Source: Acholeplasma sp. (GTDB lineage: Bacteria; Bacillota_I; Bacilli_A; Acholeplasmatales; UBA5453). From it: a stretch of DNA of 64,000 bases. The DNA is taken from NCBI GenBank assembly GCA_036677365.1, contig JAVBWN010000031.1, positions 1-64,000 on the forward strand, read 5' to 3'. The notes beneath the pieces are model-generated. The model was not told the DNA's origin. It made no database searches and saw only the letters and a list, made by a program, of their open reading frames with translations. This document shows positions 1 to 10,077 of this stretch, in pieces (positions within the stretch are counted from its first letter, which is position 1; each line of letters begins with the position of its first letter). Position numbers and translations under genes: made by a program.

Positions 1-106
1 TTCACAATACGCGTATTTAATACCAAGTTTATAGTAGACTTATATAAAACTGATTGAAAGAACATTCGGAAAGCGAACAATAAAAGACGAACTTTCCTAG
101 TAAACA

Positions 107-131
107 AAAAAAAGACCCGAAGGTCTTGTTT
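107..131 (-). terminator. Intrinsic terminator after ABC-F gene
   Basis: AAGACC-CGAA-GGTCTT hairpin flanked by A/T tracts at the gene 3' end. Confidence 0.7.
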
Positions 132-1747
132 TATTGTTTGTAGATGGTTTTGATTCTCTCTTTGATGTTTTCGTTTGAAATGTATTCATCAAGGGTGCCT
201 TGGTATTGAATCGAACCTAAGTCACCAATCTCAACAATCTTATTACATACGGTATCTAATAATCGGTGGTCATGAGAGGATAAGATGATCGCCCCTTGGT
301 AATTGGATAACCCGTTATTCACCGCTTCAATCGATTCTAAGTCTAAGTGGTTGGTTGGTGAGTCGATGAGTAACGTATTCGCATTCGACATCATGAGTTT
401 TGAGAACATGCAGCGCATCTTCTCACCACCGCTCAAGTATTTGACTTCTTTGAGTGGTTGGTCGCCCGTAAATAACATTCTACCCAAGAACCCGCGGATA
501 TAGGATTCGGCTGGTTCTTTAGAGTATTGTCTGAGCCATTCAATCAAATTCATGTTGCTTTTGAAATACGGTTCATTATCGGCAGGGAAATAGGCTTTTT
601 GAACGGTTTGTCCCCATTTGATGTTACCAGATGTGGGTTCGAGTTCACCCGCTAAAATACGCAATATCGCGGTCTTAGCGAGGTCGTTGTCGCCAAGTAA
701 TGCGACTTTATCGCCTCTAGTCATCATGAAGGAAACATTTTTGAATAGCGTGATGCCATCATGGGTATAGCTGATGTTATCGACTTCAATGACGTCTTTA
801 CCGAGTTGTTTTTCGATGTCAAACCCAATAAATGGGTATTTTCTTAAACTCGGTACGATGTCTTCGAGTTGGATTTTTTCCAATGACTTTTTACGAGAAG
901 TCGCTTGGCGAGATTTGGATAAGTTCGCACTGAATCTCGCAATGAAGGCTTTGAGTTCTTCCATGCGTTCTTCTTTTTTCTTGTTACGGTCTGCCATCAA
1001 ACGTTGAATGAGTTGTGAGGATTCCATCCAGAAATCATAGTTTCCTGGGTAGAGCTTCGCTTGGTAGTAATCGATATCGACCATGTGGGTACACACATTA
1101 TTCAAGAAATGTCTGTCATGGGATACGGTGATGACGGTATTTTCATAATTGATTAAAAATTCTTCTAACCAGTGGATCGCTTCAAAATCTAGGTGGTTGG
1201 TAGGTTCATCGAGTAATAAGATATCTGGGTTACCAAAAAGCGCTTGAGCCAATAAGACTTTAACTTTATGTTTAGGTAAGACATCCGCCATATTTTTATA
1301 GAAATCTTCTTGTGGGACATTCAATCCATTTAAGAGCTTTTCTACTTCCACCTCCGCGTTCCAGCCATCGAGTTCAACGAATCTAACTTCTAAGTCTGCA
1401 AGTAAAAAACCTTCTGCTTCTGTGAAATCTGTTTTCGAATACAACACTTCTTTTTGTTTCATGATGTCATAGAGTCCTTTATGACCCATGATGACGGTTT
1501 CCATAACGGTTAAATGGTCATAGGCATTTTGGTTTTGTTTTAGGGTGGCGAGACGTTTGTTCTTTTCGATGATGACATCGCCTTTGGTGGATTCTTTTTC
1601 ACCAGACAACACCTTCAAAAAGGTCGATTTACCGGCACCATTCGCGCCGATCACACCGTAGCAGTTGCCTGCTGTAAATTTTATATTGACGTCTTCAAAC
1701 AGTTTTTTATCCGGGAAGACTAAGGATAGATTCGATACAGTGATCAT
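131..1747 (-). CDS. ABC-F family ATP-binding protein (YbiT/YkpA-like ribosome-associated ATPase)
   Basis: Two ABC domains (GANGAGKST, LLLDEPTNHLD, SHDR; LSGGEK, DSPTNHLD), inter-domain linker, no TM segments. Confidence 0.9.
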   Translation of the reverse strand: MITVSNLSLVFPDKKLFEDVNIKFTAGNCYGVIGANGAGKSTFLKVLSGEKESTKGDVIIEKNKRLATLKQNQNAYDHLTVMETVIMGHKGLYDIMKQKEVLYSKTDFTEAEGFLLADLEVRFVELDGWNAEVEVEKLLNGLNVPQEDFYKNMADVLPKHKVKVLLAQALFGNPDILLLDEPTNHLDFEAIHWLEEFLINYENTVITVSHDRHFLNNVCTHMVDIDYYQAKLYPGNYDFWMESSQLIQRLMADRNKKKEERMEELKAFIARFSANLSKSRQATSRKKSLEKIQLEDIVPSLRKYPFIGFDIEKQLGKDVIEVDNISYTHDGITLFKNVSFMMTRGDKVALLGDNDLAKTAILRILAGELEPTSGNIKWGQTVQKAYFPADNEPYFKSNMNLIEWLRQYSKEPAESYIRGFLGRMLFTGDQPLKEVKYLSGGEKMRCMFSKLMMSNANTLLIDSPTNHLDLESIEAVNNGLSNYQGAIILSSHDHRLLDTVCNKIVEIGDLGSIQYQGTLDEYISNENIKERIKTIYKQ

Positions 1748-1874
1748 GGGGTACTCCTTTATTATTTATAATAACTTTTATCAGCCTTATCAAGTTTAAA
1801 CGATTATGGGGGTTTTGTCAAATAAAACCGAAGAAAAAGATGATATCGCATCGGATATCATCTCATCGATTGAT

Positions 1875-2357
1875 TTATGCTTTAATTGAGCGGTGTCCAC
1901 CGGCTTTGGATGGAGAAAGCTCCCTACCCAAAACATCGAAAGCTTGACCCGGGCCTAAGACGAGCTGGCCTTGAATGGCTTCGCATTTGATGATCGTAAA
2001 ATCCATCAATAAGAACGATTTAACAGGGTCACCTAAACGGTCTATCATCATCTTGAGTACGGCTTCATCTTCTATATCCAAAGTGACTTGGGTTTCTAAG
2101 TAGAGTCGCTTACGGAAAAATACGCTTTTCGAAACGGATTCATCTTCAATCCATAGTAACCCAGCCGTCGGTCTTTGTCGTAAGTATTTGGTGTGTTTCG
2201 CCATATTCGAGATGATTAAGTAGTAATCGCCTTGATACACCCCAAATGGGGCGTAGGAAGTGTAGGGTTTACCCTCATCATCGATGGTGCTGAACACGAC
2301 TGATTTTAAGCTAAAAATGAGGTTGCTTTTTTCAATGCCTGCTTGTAATGTATCCAT
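1875..2357 (-). CDS. Pyridoxamine 5'-phosphate oxidase-like / HugZ-type split-barrel protein
   Basis: STIDDEGKPYTSYAPF, ISNMAKHTKYL, RKRL motifs. Confidence 0.7.
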   Translation of the reverse strand: MDTLQAGIEKSNLIFSLKSVVFSTIDDEGKPYTSYAPFGVYQGDYYLIISNMAKHTKYLRQRPTAGLLWIEDESVSKSVFFRKRLYLETQVTLDIEDEAVLKMMIDRLGDPVKSFLLMDFTIIKCEAIQGQLVLGPGQAFDVLGRELSPSKAGGHRSIKA

Positions 2358-2359
2358 GG

Positions 2360-5300
2360 TTAATGGGTTCCTTTCGCTCTGAGTAATTCTTTGATGTCTT
2401 TGATGATTGCTTGAGGGTTGTTATACCAAGTGGATTCAAATAGACGGTAGGTATCCCAACCTCTGGATTTTAAGAATCGTTCTTGATGAATCAAGTCTCT
2501 TCTTGAGTTTAGATCCTTAGGGTGGATGGCACACAGTAACCCAAGGAGATAACCTGTGTTAGTTGTATCTTTGATGGCGAGATCCACTTTAAAATTGCCG
2601 ATGCCCACTTTGGCTTCAACAGTGAACCCGGCTTTAGAAAGCTTATCTAAGACATCCTGTTCGAATTTAGATAAAACCACTGTTTTGGTTTCTAAGGCAT
2701 GTAATTCATTTAAGATGTTTTTCGCCATCGGTTCATCTTGTTTAGAGATGGCGTAACAATAGCGCATGAATGATTTCAAATACCTTGGACCTAAACCAGC
2801 CAAATCTTCGACTTTGAATTCTTCTGGCATCAATGAGGAAACAAAATAAATCTTTTGTCTCGCTCGGGTAATCGCGACATTCAAGCGGTTTTGACCACCT
2901 TCGTGGTTCAACCAACCAAAACGTCTTTCAACTATCCCTAAAGCGTTTTTCGCATACCCCATCGAGAAGATGATGATGTCGCGTTCATCGCCTTGGACGT
3001 TTTCAATGTTTTTAACAAATAAGCTCTGGTCCTCGTTGTCTTCTTTCCTGAAGAGTTCTTGTTCAAAATACGGTTGATAGACACCTTGTTTGAATAATTC
3101 CGCGTCAATCAAATCTAGGATGGCGTCTCTTTGAGCGCTGTTAAAGGTAATGACACCGATGGTTTCATTGTGTTGTCGTTCTTTGAAAATCTTCTTTAAC
3201 AATGTAATGACCGATTTCGCTTCATTCAAGTTACGACGCTTTTCAAACAAACCGTCTTTGACATATTGGTACTCAATCGGTGGTAATACCGATTTACTCG
3301 CATTTGGCGATACCAGTAGTTTACCTTCATAAAAGGCATGGTTTGAGAAAGCGATGAGTTCTTCATAACTCGATCGGTAATGGTAATTGAGGATCGTTTC
3401 TTGGTATTTATAACGTGCCAAGTCCAATAAACTTTTCGCATCCAACCTAATATCCTTAAATACATCCTGTTCATAAAGTTCATCGTCGTCGGAGATTCGA
3501 CCAAAACCCAAAGCACTTGGTCTCAGTTGTTTTGGGTCGCCGGCGATGACGACTTTTTTAGCACGATAAATCGCAGGAATCCCTTTTTCAACATAAAGCT
3601 GTGAGGCTTCATCGAAAATGACCAAATCAAATAAACCGTATTGTAAAGGTATCAACGCGGATACCAATTCTGGGGTCATCATCCATACTTTGATGTGGTT
3701 CAAAAGTTCTACATGATAGGTAGAGATGAATGTTTTTAAGCTCGGTTTGTGTTCTAATTCCATCACGCGTTTGATTTCCATGATCCGTTTCGTGTTGGAT
3801 AAATCGAGCGCGTGTTTATAAAGTTCCATCTCAAATGATTCTACCGATAATGCCCGTTTATCGGCCATTCTCGCATTCAACAGCGCTTGTTTTTGATGGT
3901 ATTCATCGATGATGTATAAGTATTTCGCATTCTTCGCTTTAAACGTTTCTAAGAAGCCTGTATATAACGCATCGAATAAATAGCCTCGATACTTGTGGAT
4001 ATCTTCGATGGATTTATAGAGTGGGTCATTGAGCAACGATTCTAAATACCGTTTCTCATGGATGGACAAATGGTCATGTTTGGTTTGAAGCTTGTTGAGT
4101 TCTTTGATGTGTTCAAAGATATAGGTCTCAAATGATGGGTCTTTAAAAATGGCTTGAATATAAGCCTTCGATACCTTCTTTTTCTTCGTGATAAACAACA
4201 ATTTCAACCCATGACTTAAAGTGAAATCTTTGAGTAGTCTTCTTTTTTTGAAGAACCCTGCTTTATGGTATGTCTCATAAACTTTTACAAAATCTTCATG
4301 GAATAAAGCGTATTCAGCGATACTGCTTCTAGAGATGGCTTTTTCAAATGATTTGACCATTGTATATTGTTGTAAGATGGCTTCATACGCGAGGTAGGAC
4401 TTCAAATGCGCATCTTTTTGGAAAGCCAATTCTAATGATTTGATGATATTAAAATCCAAAACACCAAAGGCTTTGATGAACGCTTGGGTCACTTGTTTTG
4501 GAGATAAGGTTGGATGAACGTCTTTATCCTTGATGAAGCGTTCATACATTTGATAAATCGGGATATCTTGAACCGATTGGTGATACATCAAATCTAAAGC
4601 CTGGTCCATCGTTTCTAACAGTTTTTGGATATCATTTTCTAAGCGGTAAATGTCGTTATCGATGGTGCGCTTTGGCGCAGTCGTATCGAGCATTTGAGCA
4701 ATCTTTTGATAGAAATAAGGCTTATTCTCGATGTCATCGATGAACATCACATATTTAGAGGCCGATTTGAGTCGTTTGTAGATGACATCTAAAGCCACTT
4801 TCTTTTCAGAGACGATTAAGACGTTTTCGCCTTTTAAGATAGCTGAGGCGATCAAACTCGTGATCGTTTGAGATTTACCCGTCCCTGGGGGACCCCACAC
4901 GACGAGTTTCTTTTCTTTATTTAAAAGTTCAATGACTTTTTCTTGAGCATAGTTTAAATCGTTGATATAAGAGATTTTATCTTCTTGGATGGCCCCGTTG
5001 GATATCGCATAACTCAAGGGTTTTTCTGGTTTGTCTAAGCCGGATTCTTCAATCAACCCTTCGAGTAAGGCATTGTATTTGTGTTGTTTCAAAATTTCTG
5101 CCATGTCTTTTTGAAGTTCAGAAGAAAATAGCTGGTATCTGCCTAAAACCAAATAATTAAAGGTTTCAAACACACCTTTCTTCTTTTTCATGAAAGTGTC
5201 CTTGAGTTCACTCTTAAATGTCGTATAGGTATTGAACTCATTGAGTTTCACTTCAAAACCATGGGATTTATAAAATGGGATGACGACCTCTTTGATGGTT

Positions 5301-6064
5301 TTTTCACTGTAGTCTTTGATTTGTGGGGTTTCAATCGATACATTCATTTGATCGAGTTTTTGACTAGCAAGAATCAAGTCTTTATTGAGTAAGATGTCCT
5401 TATCCAAATCTTTAACCAGTTTGAATATACGTTTTTCACGGGTCAACTTCACTGGGATAAAGATTAATGGGGCTTTGATGCCAAATAAGTCTTTCTTAAA
5501 AATCCCTTCAATGAATAAGGTGGCGATGTATAAATCATAAGAACCCGTTTCTTTATAGGTTTTATTGACCTCACGGTACAGTGTGGTCAAATGGTTGAGT
5601 AAAGTTTCTGACTCGATTTTAAAGATGAACGTGGTTTTCTTTGGTGACAATAAGAATAAAGATAAGTCATCATTCATGACGTGGGTTAAATCAAAGGTAT
5701 GATTTTTTTCGATTCGACCTAAATACAGGTTTGGGTTGGTTCTCGATACATTGGTCAATCGGTCTTTATAATGGTCTAAGACTTTATACGCTTCTTTAGA
5801 GACTACTTTTTCATCCGATACCATCGTTTGATAGATTTTGATGACATTTAAAAACCGAGAGGCGTATTTTTCCATGAATTCATCATTCACACCAGCGATG
5901 CCTAAAAAATCACTCACCTTGAGTGGTTTTTTAATAGAGATGTCTTTTAAGACTTCATCGCTACAAACGGTTGGGTATGAACCATCCGGTTTTTTGGCTT
6001 CAAGACGCATTTGATCACGCATGCGGTCTAAAGCATCCAATAATAAGTTCTTCTTAAGTGCCAT
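2360..6064 (-). CDS. HRDC + DUF4011-like + SF1 (Upf1/DNA2-type) helicase + C-terminal Vsr/PD-(D/E)xK-like nuclease; Hhe-like architecture
   Basis: WGPPGTGKSQT, IFDEASQ, GDPKQL, YHYRS, NIENVQGDERD, RLNVAITRAR; C-terminal KVDLAI...RFLKSRGWDTYRLFESTW; N-terminal HRDC-like helices; GGAGG RBS favours ATG at 6064. Confidence 0.8.
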   Translation of the reverse strand: MALKKNLLLDALDRMRDQMRLEAKKPDGSYPTVCSDEVLKDISIKKPLKVSDFLGIAGVNDEFMEKYASRFLNVIKIYQTMVSDEKVVSKEAYKVLDHYKDRLTNVSRTNPNLYLGRIEKNHTFDLTHVMNDDLSLFLLSPKKTTFIFKIESETLLNHLTTLYREVNKTYKETGSYDLYIATLFIEGIFKKDLFGIKAPLIFIPVKLTREKRIFKLVKDLDKDILLNKDLILASQKLDQMNVSIETPQIKDYSEKTIKEVVIPFYKSHGFEVKLNEFNTYTTFKSELKDTFMKKKKGVFETFNYLVLGRYQLFSSELQKDMAEILKQHKYNALLEGLIEESGLDKPEKPLSYAISNGAIQEDKISYINDLNYAQEKVIELLNKEKKLVVWGPPGTGKSQTITSLIASAILKGENVLIVSEKKVALDVIYKRLKSASKYVMFIDDIENKPYFYQKIAQMLDTTAPKRTIDNDIYRLENDIQKLLETMDQALDLMYHQSVQDIPIYQMYERFIKDKDVHPTLSPKQVTQAFIKAFGVLDFNIIKSLELAFQKDAHLKSYLAYEAILQQYTMVKSFEKAISRSSIAEYALFHEDFVKVYETYHKAGFFKKRRLLKDFTLSHGLKLLFITKKKKVSKAYIQAIFKDPSFETYIFEHIKELNKLQTKHDHLSIHEKRYLESLLNDPLYKSIEDIHKYRGYLFDALYTGFLETFKAKNAKYLYIIDEYHQKQALLNARMADKRALSVESFEMELYKHALDLSNTKRIMEIKRVMELEHKPSLKTFISTYHVELLNHIKVWMMTPELVSALIPLQYGLFDLVIFDEASQLYVEKGIPAIYRAKKVVIAGDPKQLRPSALGFGRISDDDELYEQDVFKDIRLDAKSLLDLARYKYQETILNYHYRSSYEELIAFSNHAFYEGKLLVSPNASKSVLPPIEYQYVKDGLFEKRRNLNEAKSVITLLKKIFKERQHNETIGVITFNSAQRDAILDLIDAELFKQGVYQPYFEQELFRKEDNEDQSLFVKNIENVQGDERDIIIFSMGYAKNALGIVERRFGWLNHEGGQNRLNVAITRARQKIYFVSSLMPEEFKVEDLAGLGPRYLKSFMRYCYAISKQDEPMAKNILNELHALETKTVVLSKFEQDVLDKLSKAGFTVEAKVGIGNFKVDLAIKDTTNTGYLLGLLCAIHPKDLNSRRDLIHQERFLKSRGWDTYRLFESTWYNNPQAIIKDIKELLRAKGTH

Positions 6065-6157
6065 GGTCATCCCCTCCATTCTATGTTACTATTCTAACAT
6101 TATTCTAAAATTATCCAAAGGATATATGATTGATATTTTACCTCTACTTTACTAAAG

Positions 6158-6188
6158 AAAAGAACTCACCCAATGGTGAATTCTTTTT
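6158..6188 (-). terminator. Intrinsic terminator ending the helicase/coiled-coil/GNAT operon
   Basis: AGAACTCACC-CAAT-GGTGAATTCT hairpin with A/T tracts on both sides. Confidence 0.65.
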
Positions 6189-6196
6189 AGTCAATT

Positions 6197-6721
6197 TCAT
6201 TTTAGTTTCATTTCATAATAGACTTCATCCAAATCGGTTTGTTTGGTGAGTTTGTTGTATCGGCTGTGAAATTTGGTAGAGATGTGCTTCATCCCTAGTT
6301 TTTCCATCAGTTTATAGGAAGCAACATTTCTGGAATCGGCGGTTGCGTGAAGGGTGGTTACACCAAGAGATTTCGCAAAAGCAATCATTTCTAAGGCTGC
6401 TTGATACATGATACCTCTTCGATGATAATCTTCATGTAAAATCCAACCAATTTCCGCTTTTTCTGGTTCATCATCTTCAATGATTAAGCAGATACCACCG
6501 ATAATTTTACCTTCGTATTCAATCCCATATTCATAGCGTGTAATGGGCGTTTGAGCGTAACAAACGACGACATAGTCGATGAAGTCTTCGGTGTCTTGTA
6601 TGGTATTTGGACCCCAGAGCATGAATTTGGTGGTTTCCGGATTAGAAGCATAGGCATGGATGTCATTAAAGTCTTTGGTTGTAAAAGGGCGAATCGTTAA
6701 ACTAGGCACAAGTTCACTCAT
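6197..6721 (-). CDS. GNAT family N-acetyltransferase (RimJ/RimL-like)
   Basis: AEIGWILHEDYHRRGIM, NVASYKLMEKLGM; ATGA overlap with upstream gene. Confidence 0.85.
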   Translation of the reverse strand: MSELVPSLTIRPFTTKDFNDIHAYASNPETTKFMLWGPNTIQDTEDFIDYVVVCYAQTPITRYEYGIEYEGKIIGGICLIIEDDEPEKAEIGWILHEDYHRRGIMYQAALEMIAFAKSLGVTTLHATADSRNVASYKLMEKLGMKHISTKFHSRYNKLTKQTDLDEVYYEMKLK

Positions 6722-7356
6722 TTCTTCGTATTGTCTAATACGATATTATCTTTCTTGATTTTTGGAGCAGCAAATGGTTCTAGTTTCGGACCACCATTTG
6801 GCAATACTGATTGATTTTCACCGGCATTCGTAGCCATTTTGGCCATCAATTGTTTGATGAGTTTATTGTTTTCCTTTTGAAGCATTATTAGCTCATCGTA
6901 CTTCTTGATTTCTTCTTTCGCATCTACCAGTTGTGCTGCTTGATTAAAGCGTTTCATACCAAGTTCTGCATTCTTCTCAGCTTCTTTGATGTATTTAATC
7001 AGTTTTTGATCAATCTCTTGAATGGGGGTTTTGGTTTTCTTTAACGTATCTTCTAAAGAAGCCATTCGATTGGTAAAAAGACTTATTAAGTCTGCAACAT
7101 TTTGTTTTGCTATTTCGACATTACCCATGAGGTTTTCAATCTTCTTGATATCCTCAACCATCACTTGTAAAGTTTTCTCAGTACTTTGTTTTGCTTTTTC
7201 AATTTTGGATTGATCTAAAGTCTCTGTATATTTTTCAATGATTTGAGTGGTGGTCACCTTTAAATCATCGATGGTTTGAGTTAAAGCATTCACTTTTTTG
7301 ATTGTATTGAGCAATTCCTCATAGGTTGCTTCTATCTTTTTGACTAATTCTTCCAT
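6718..7356 (-). CDS. Hypothetical coiled-coil protein
   Basis: 212-aa ORF rich in heptad-like helices; AGGAG RBS inside the 3' end of the helicase gene. Confidence 0.75.
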   Translation of the reverse strand: MEELVKKIEATYEELLNTIKKVNALTQTIDDLKVTTTQIIEKYTETLDQSKIEKAKQSTEKTLQVMVEDIKKIENLMGNVEIAKQNVADLISLFTNRMASLEDTLKKTKTPIQEIDQKLIKYIKEAEKNAELGMKRFNQAAQLVDAKEEIKKYDELIMLQKENNKLIKQLMAKMATNAGENQSVLPNGGPKLEPFAAPKIKKDNIVLDNTKK

Positions 7357-9874
7357 AGTGGTCTCCTAGTTCTAGATTGATTCGGTATTTTTGAATTTCT
7401 TGCATTAAGTCGAGTGTATCTGTATACAAATTGACATAGTTCTTATCTTCTTTGTACTTAATCATTAAATCGATTAAGCTTTGATTACCAAGTAAATCTG
7501 ATATTTGCTTGAGGGACAGTTTCTTATACTTATAACCTACCAAAAAGTGGAATAATGGGGTATCCTTGGTATCTGTATATTTAAACAAACTTTCTTGATG
7601 ATCTTTGAACCTGTATAACAAGCCAACACCCTCATTAAAATCGCCTCTTTGAATGAGTTCGTACCCACGACAAACAACGACTTCTTTTTTCATACCTAAA
7701 TGGTGGAAGTATATTTTTGCACGATCATACTCTTCATTGGTGAAATGTTTCATGGCTTGTTCAAACATTTCATCGTTACTTTGATATTCAGAAATATCCA
7801 GTATGTTGATGACGTTGTTGGTAACACGTTCAAATAACGGGGACAACGCATGGATGATTTCTATGTGTTGATCTTGTTCAAATAAATAAAGGTTTTTGCG
7901 TGCACGGGTAAGTGCGACGTAAAATAGATTGAAATAAAACTGATAATGTTCTTGTTTGTCTTTGACATAAGTCGTCATGATTTGTTTCCACATATCCGCA
8001 TAATCTGTGACGATGTTATATAAAATGACTTTATCAAACTCACGACCTTTGATTTCTTGAACTGTATAAATATTGGACCCTTGTTTCTTAGTATCGATAT
8101 TTATCTCAGTTGCAAGATTGGTTTTAGCTGTATCACCAGATACCACAATGGCGACTTTCGGTACGTCAATCCATAGTCTAATGGCATCCAATATTTCGTG
8201 TTGTTTAACATCGAGCAGTGCTGGCAAACCATCACTTTTTTCAATTTTGATGGGTTCTTCAATGATGTATTCGGAATAACTACCCAAACGTTCTTTTCTA
8301 ATCGCAACGAGTTTATTCGCAACTTCAACAATATCGCGACTGTTCCGGTAATTTTCACTTAAGACATTGACATTATTATTAGACCATTGTACATCGAGTC
8401 GATTTCGTAGTAACACCCCTGGTCTACCACTTTTAAATAAGGTAGGGTTGATGATTTGTGAGACGTCACCAGCCATGAATACATCGCCTGGTTGACGACT
8501 TAGATGCATCAACGCATATATTTGCATCTCGGACAAATCCTGGACCTCATCTATGAATACGGAATCAAATTTTTGGATATGTTTTTTATGATTCTCAATG
8601 ATGAGTCTTCTGGCTAAATCATTGTCATCAAAGAGTTCATATTTATCCAGATATGGTTGATAGTACTTTTCAACGAACTCAAGAATGGCTGATCGTTCAT
8701 CTTTAGTGAAGCGTGAGTAGCCTTCATTCAATTCAATATAGCTATAATAATCAATGGTATGATTATAGAAATCGTTTTTAAATAATTCTAGTCTTAAAAT
8801 TGGGTTCTCATCTGCGATTTTCCTCAATTTTTCGCCATCCTTGATGTAATATAATCTTTTTTTATTATGAAACTCAAGGATACCTTCTTTGGTTAATTGA
8901 TTCACCAATTCAGGGTTCTTGATCGCATTCAAATTCTTAACTTCAAGATTTCTATAATATGCATTACCTAAATACCCTTTAATGACACCTCGGATTTCAA
9001 TCCATAATTCTACTTTTTGAATTTTTTCCAACGTTTTGAGTCTTAGGTAAATTTTCTCTTCAACTAGGAACTTTTTGAACCTTTCGTAGTTCATATAGTT
9101 ACGCATAGCCAATCCTAAAACCGCAATCATGTAATCACGAATGGAATAGAATGTGGTTTTTCCTATAAGGCCTGGGACATGCTCATATTTTTTGTATATA
9201 CTCTCAGACATGTCTTTCAGACCATTGGTATAGGTAAAATAAGCTTGTTCTACATTGTTATGAGCTAGTTTTAAAGATTTACATACTTCAATTAACGTTT
9301 TACCACTGCCTGCACATCCGAGCAATAATATTGGTAAATTGCTTAATAAAGCCTTTTTTTGAGTAATTGATGGGGGATATACAGTTCGTGTGTCGTCATC
9401 TGAGATAATTTCAGCGATTTGTTCCATAGACATATTATCTGGAATAAAAATGCTCTTCATGTATTCTCTAGACAATAGTTCTTCTAAATTCTCATCATTC
9501 CCTACAATATCATCATTGCCATAAAGGAATTCATCATATTCATAGAACCTTTGATCCATTCTTCTCGCAACTTCACCTTGTTGGTCATGAGATGTCACTT
9601 TTAATATGATGATACCGGGTTCTTTATTGAAGATAAGCTCATCTGATTCATCGTACTTAATTAAACAACGGGTACCATCATTATTCGCATAAAACTTGAA
9701 AATACCTTTAGTTCCGTTCATCTTTTTTAAGGTGTACTTTTTGATGATATAGTCGTTGATGAGTTTCGCTTTTGTTACATCCTCAATGAATTCAAAAATC
9801 TTTTGATGGTATGTATTTCTTTTGTTTTTAGGGATATCTTTAAACAAAGATGCCCAATTATATATGACTCTCAA
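7319..9874 (-). CDS. UvrD/Rep-like SF1A helicase with N-terminal RelE/ParE-like domain and C-terminal TPR-like region
   Basis: GCAGSGKT, FIDEVQD, AGDVSQ, SENYRNS, QEIKGREFD, YVALTRAR; TTG start at 9874 preceded by GGAGGG; TGTTATAAT promoter element at 9915-9923. Confidence 0.8.
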   Translation of the reverse strand: MRVIYNWASLFKDIPKNKRNTYHQKIFEFIEDVTKAKLINDYIIKKYTLKKMNGTKGIFKFYANNDGTRCLIKYDESDELIFNKEPGIIILKVTSHDQQGEVARRMDQRFYEYDEFLYGNDDIVGNDENLEELLSREYMKSIFIPDNMSMEQIAEIISDDDTRTVYPPSITQKKALLSNLPILLLGCAGSGKTLIEVCKSLKLAHNNVEQAYFTYTNGLKDMSESIYKKYEHVPGLIGKTTFYSIRDYMIAVLGLAMRNYMNYERFKKFLVEEKIYLRLKTLEKIQKVELWIEIRGVIKGYLGNAYYRNLEVKNLNAIKNPELVNQLTKEGILEFHNKKRLYYIKDGEKLRKIADENPILRLELFKNDFYNHTIDYYSYIELNEGYSRFTKDERSAILEFVEKYYQPYLDKYELFDDNDLARRLIIENHKKHIQKFDSVFIDEVQDLSEMQIYALMHLSRQPGDVFMAGDVSQIINPTLFKSGRPGVLLRNRLDVQWSNNNVNVLSENYRNSRDIVEVANKLVAIRKERLGSYSEYIIEEPIKIEKSDGLPALLDVKQHEILDAIRLWIDVPKVAIVVSGDTAKTNLATEINIDTKKQGSNIYTVQEIKGREFDKVILYNIVTDYADMWKQIMTTYVKDKQEHYQFYFNLFYVALTRARKNLYLFEQDQHIEIIHALSPLFERVTNNVINILDISEYQSNDEMFEQAMKHFTNEEYDRAKIYFHHLGMKKEVVVCRGYELIQRGDFNEGVGLLYRFKDHQESLFKYTDTKDTPLFHFLVGYKYKKLSLKQISDLLGNQSLIDLMIKYKEDKNYVNLYTDTLDLMQEIQKYRINLELGDHYGRISQKDRSNL

Positions 9875-9972
9875 GATAAACCCTCCAATAATTAAATATC
9901 GATAACATAATAACATTATAACAAGTTAACGAAGTGGTTACAATAAACTGAAAGAATAATTTTAAACATAAA

Positions 9973-10001
9973 TAAAAAGCACCTGATTATAGGTGTTTAT
10001 T
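9973..10001 (-). terminator. Terminator downstream of CRISPR array
   Basis: Minus strand AAACACCT-ATAATC-AGGTGCTTTTTATTT hairpin plus U tract. Confidence 0.65.
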
Positions 10002-10077
10002 AATAGTTCTGATGTCATGTTTTAAATATTGTTTTTAGTAGCAAAACTAATGAAATCATTAAATAGAATAGGTCATT

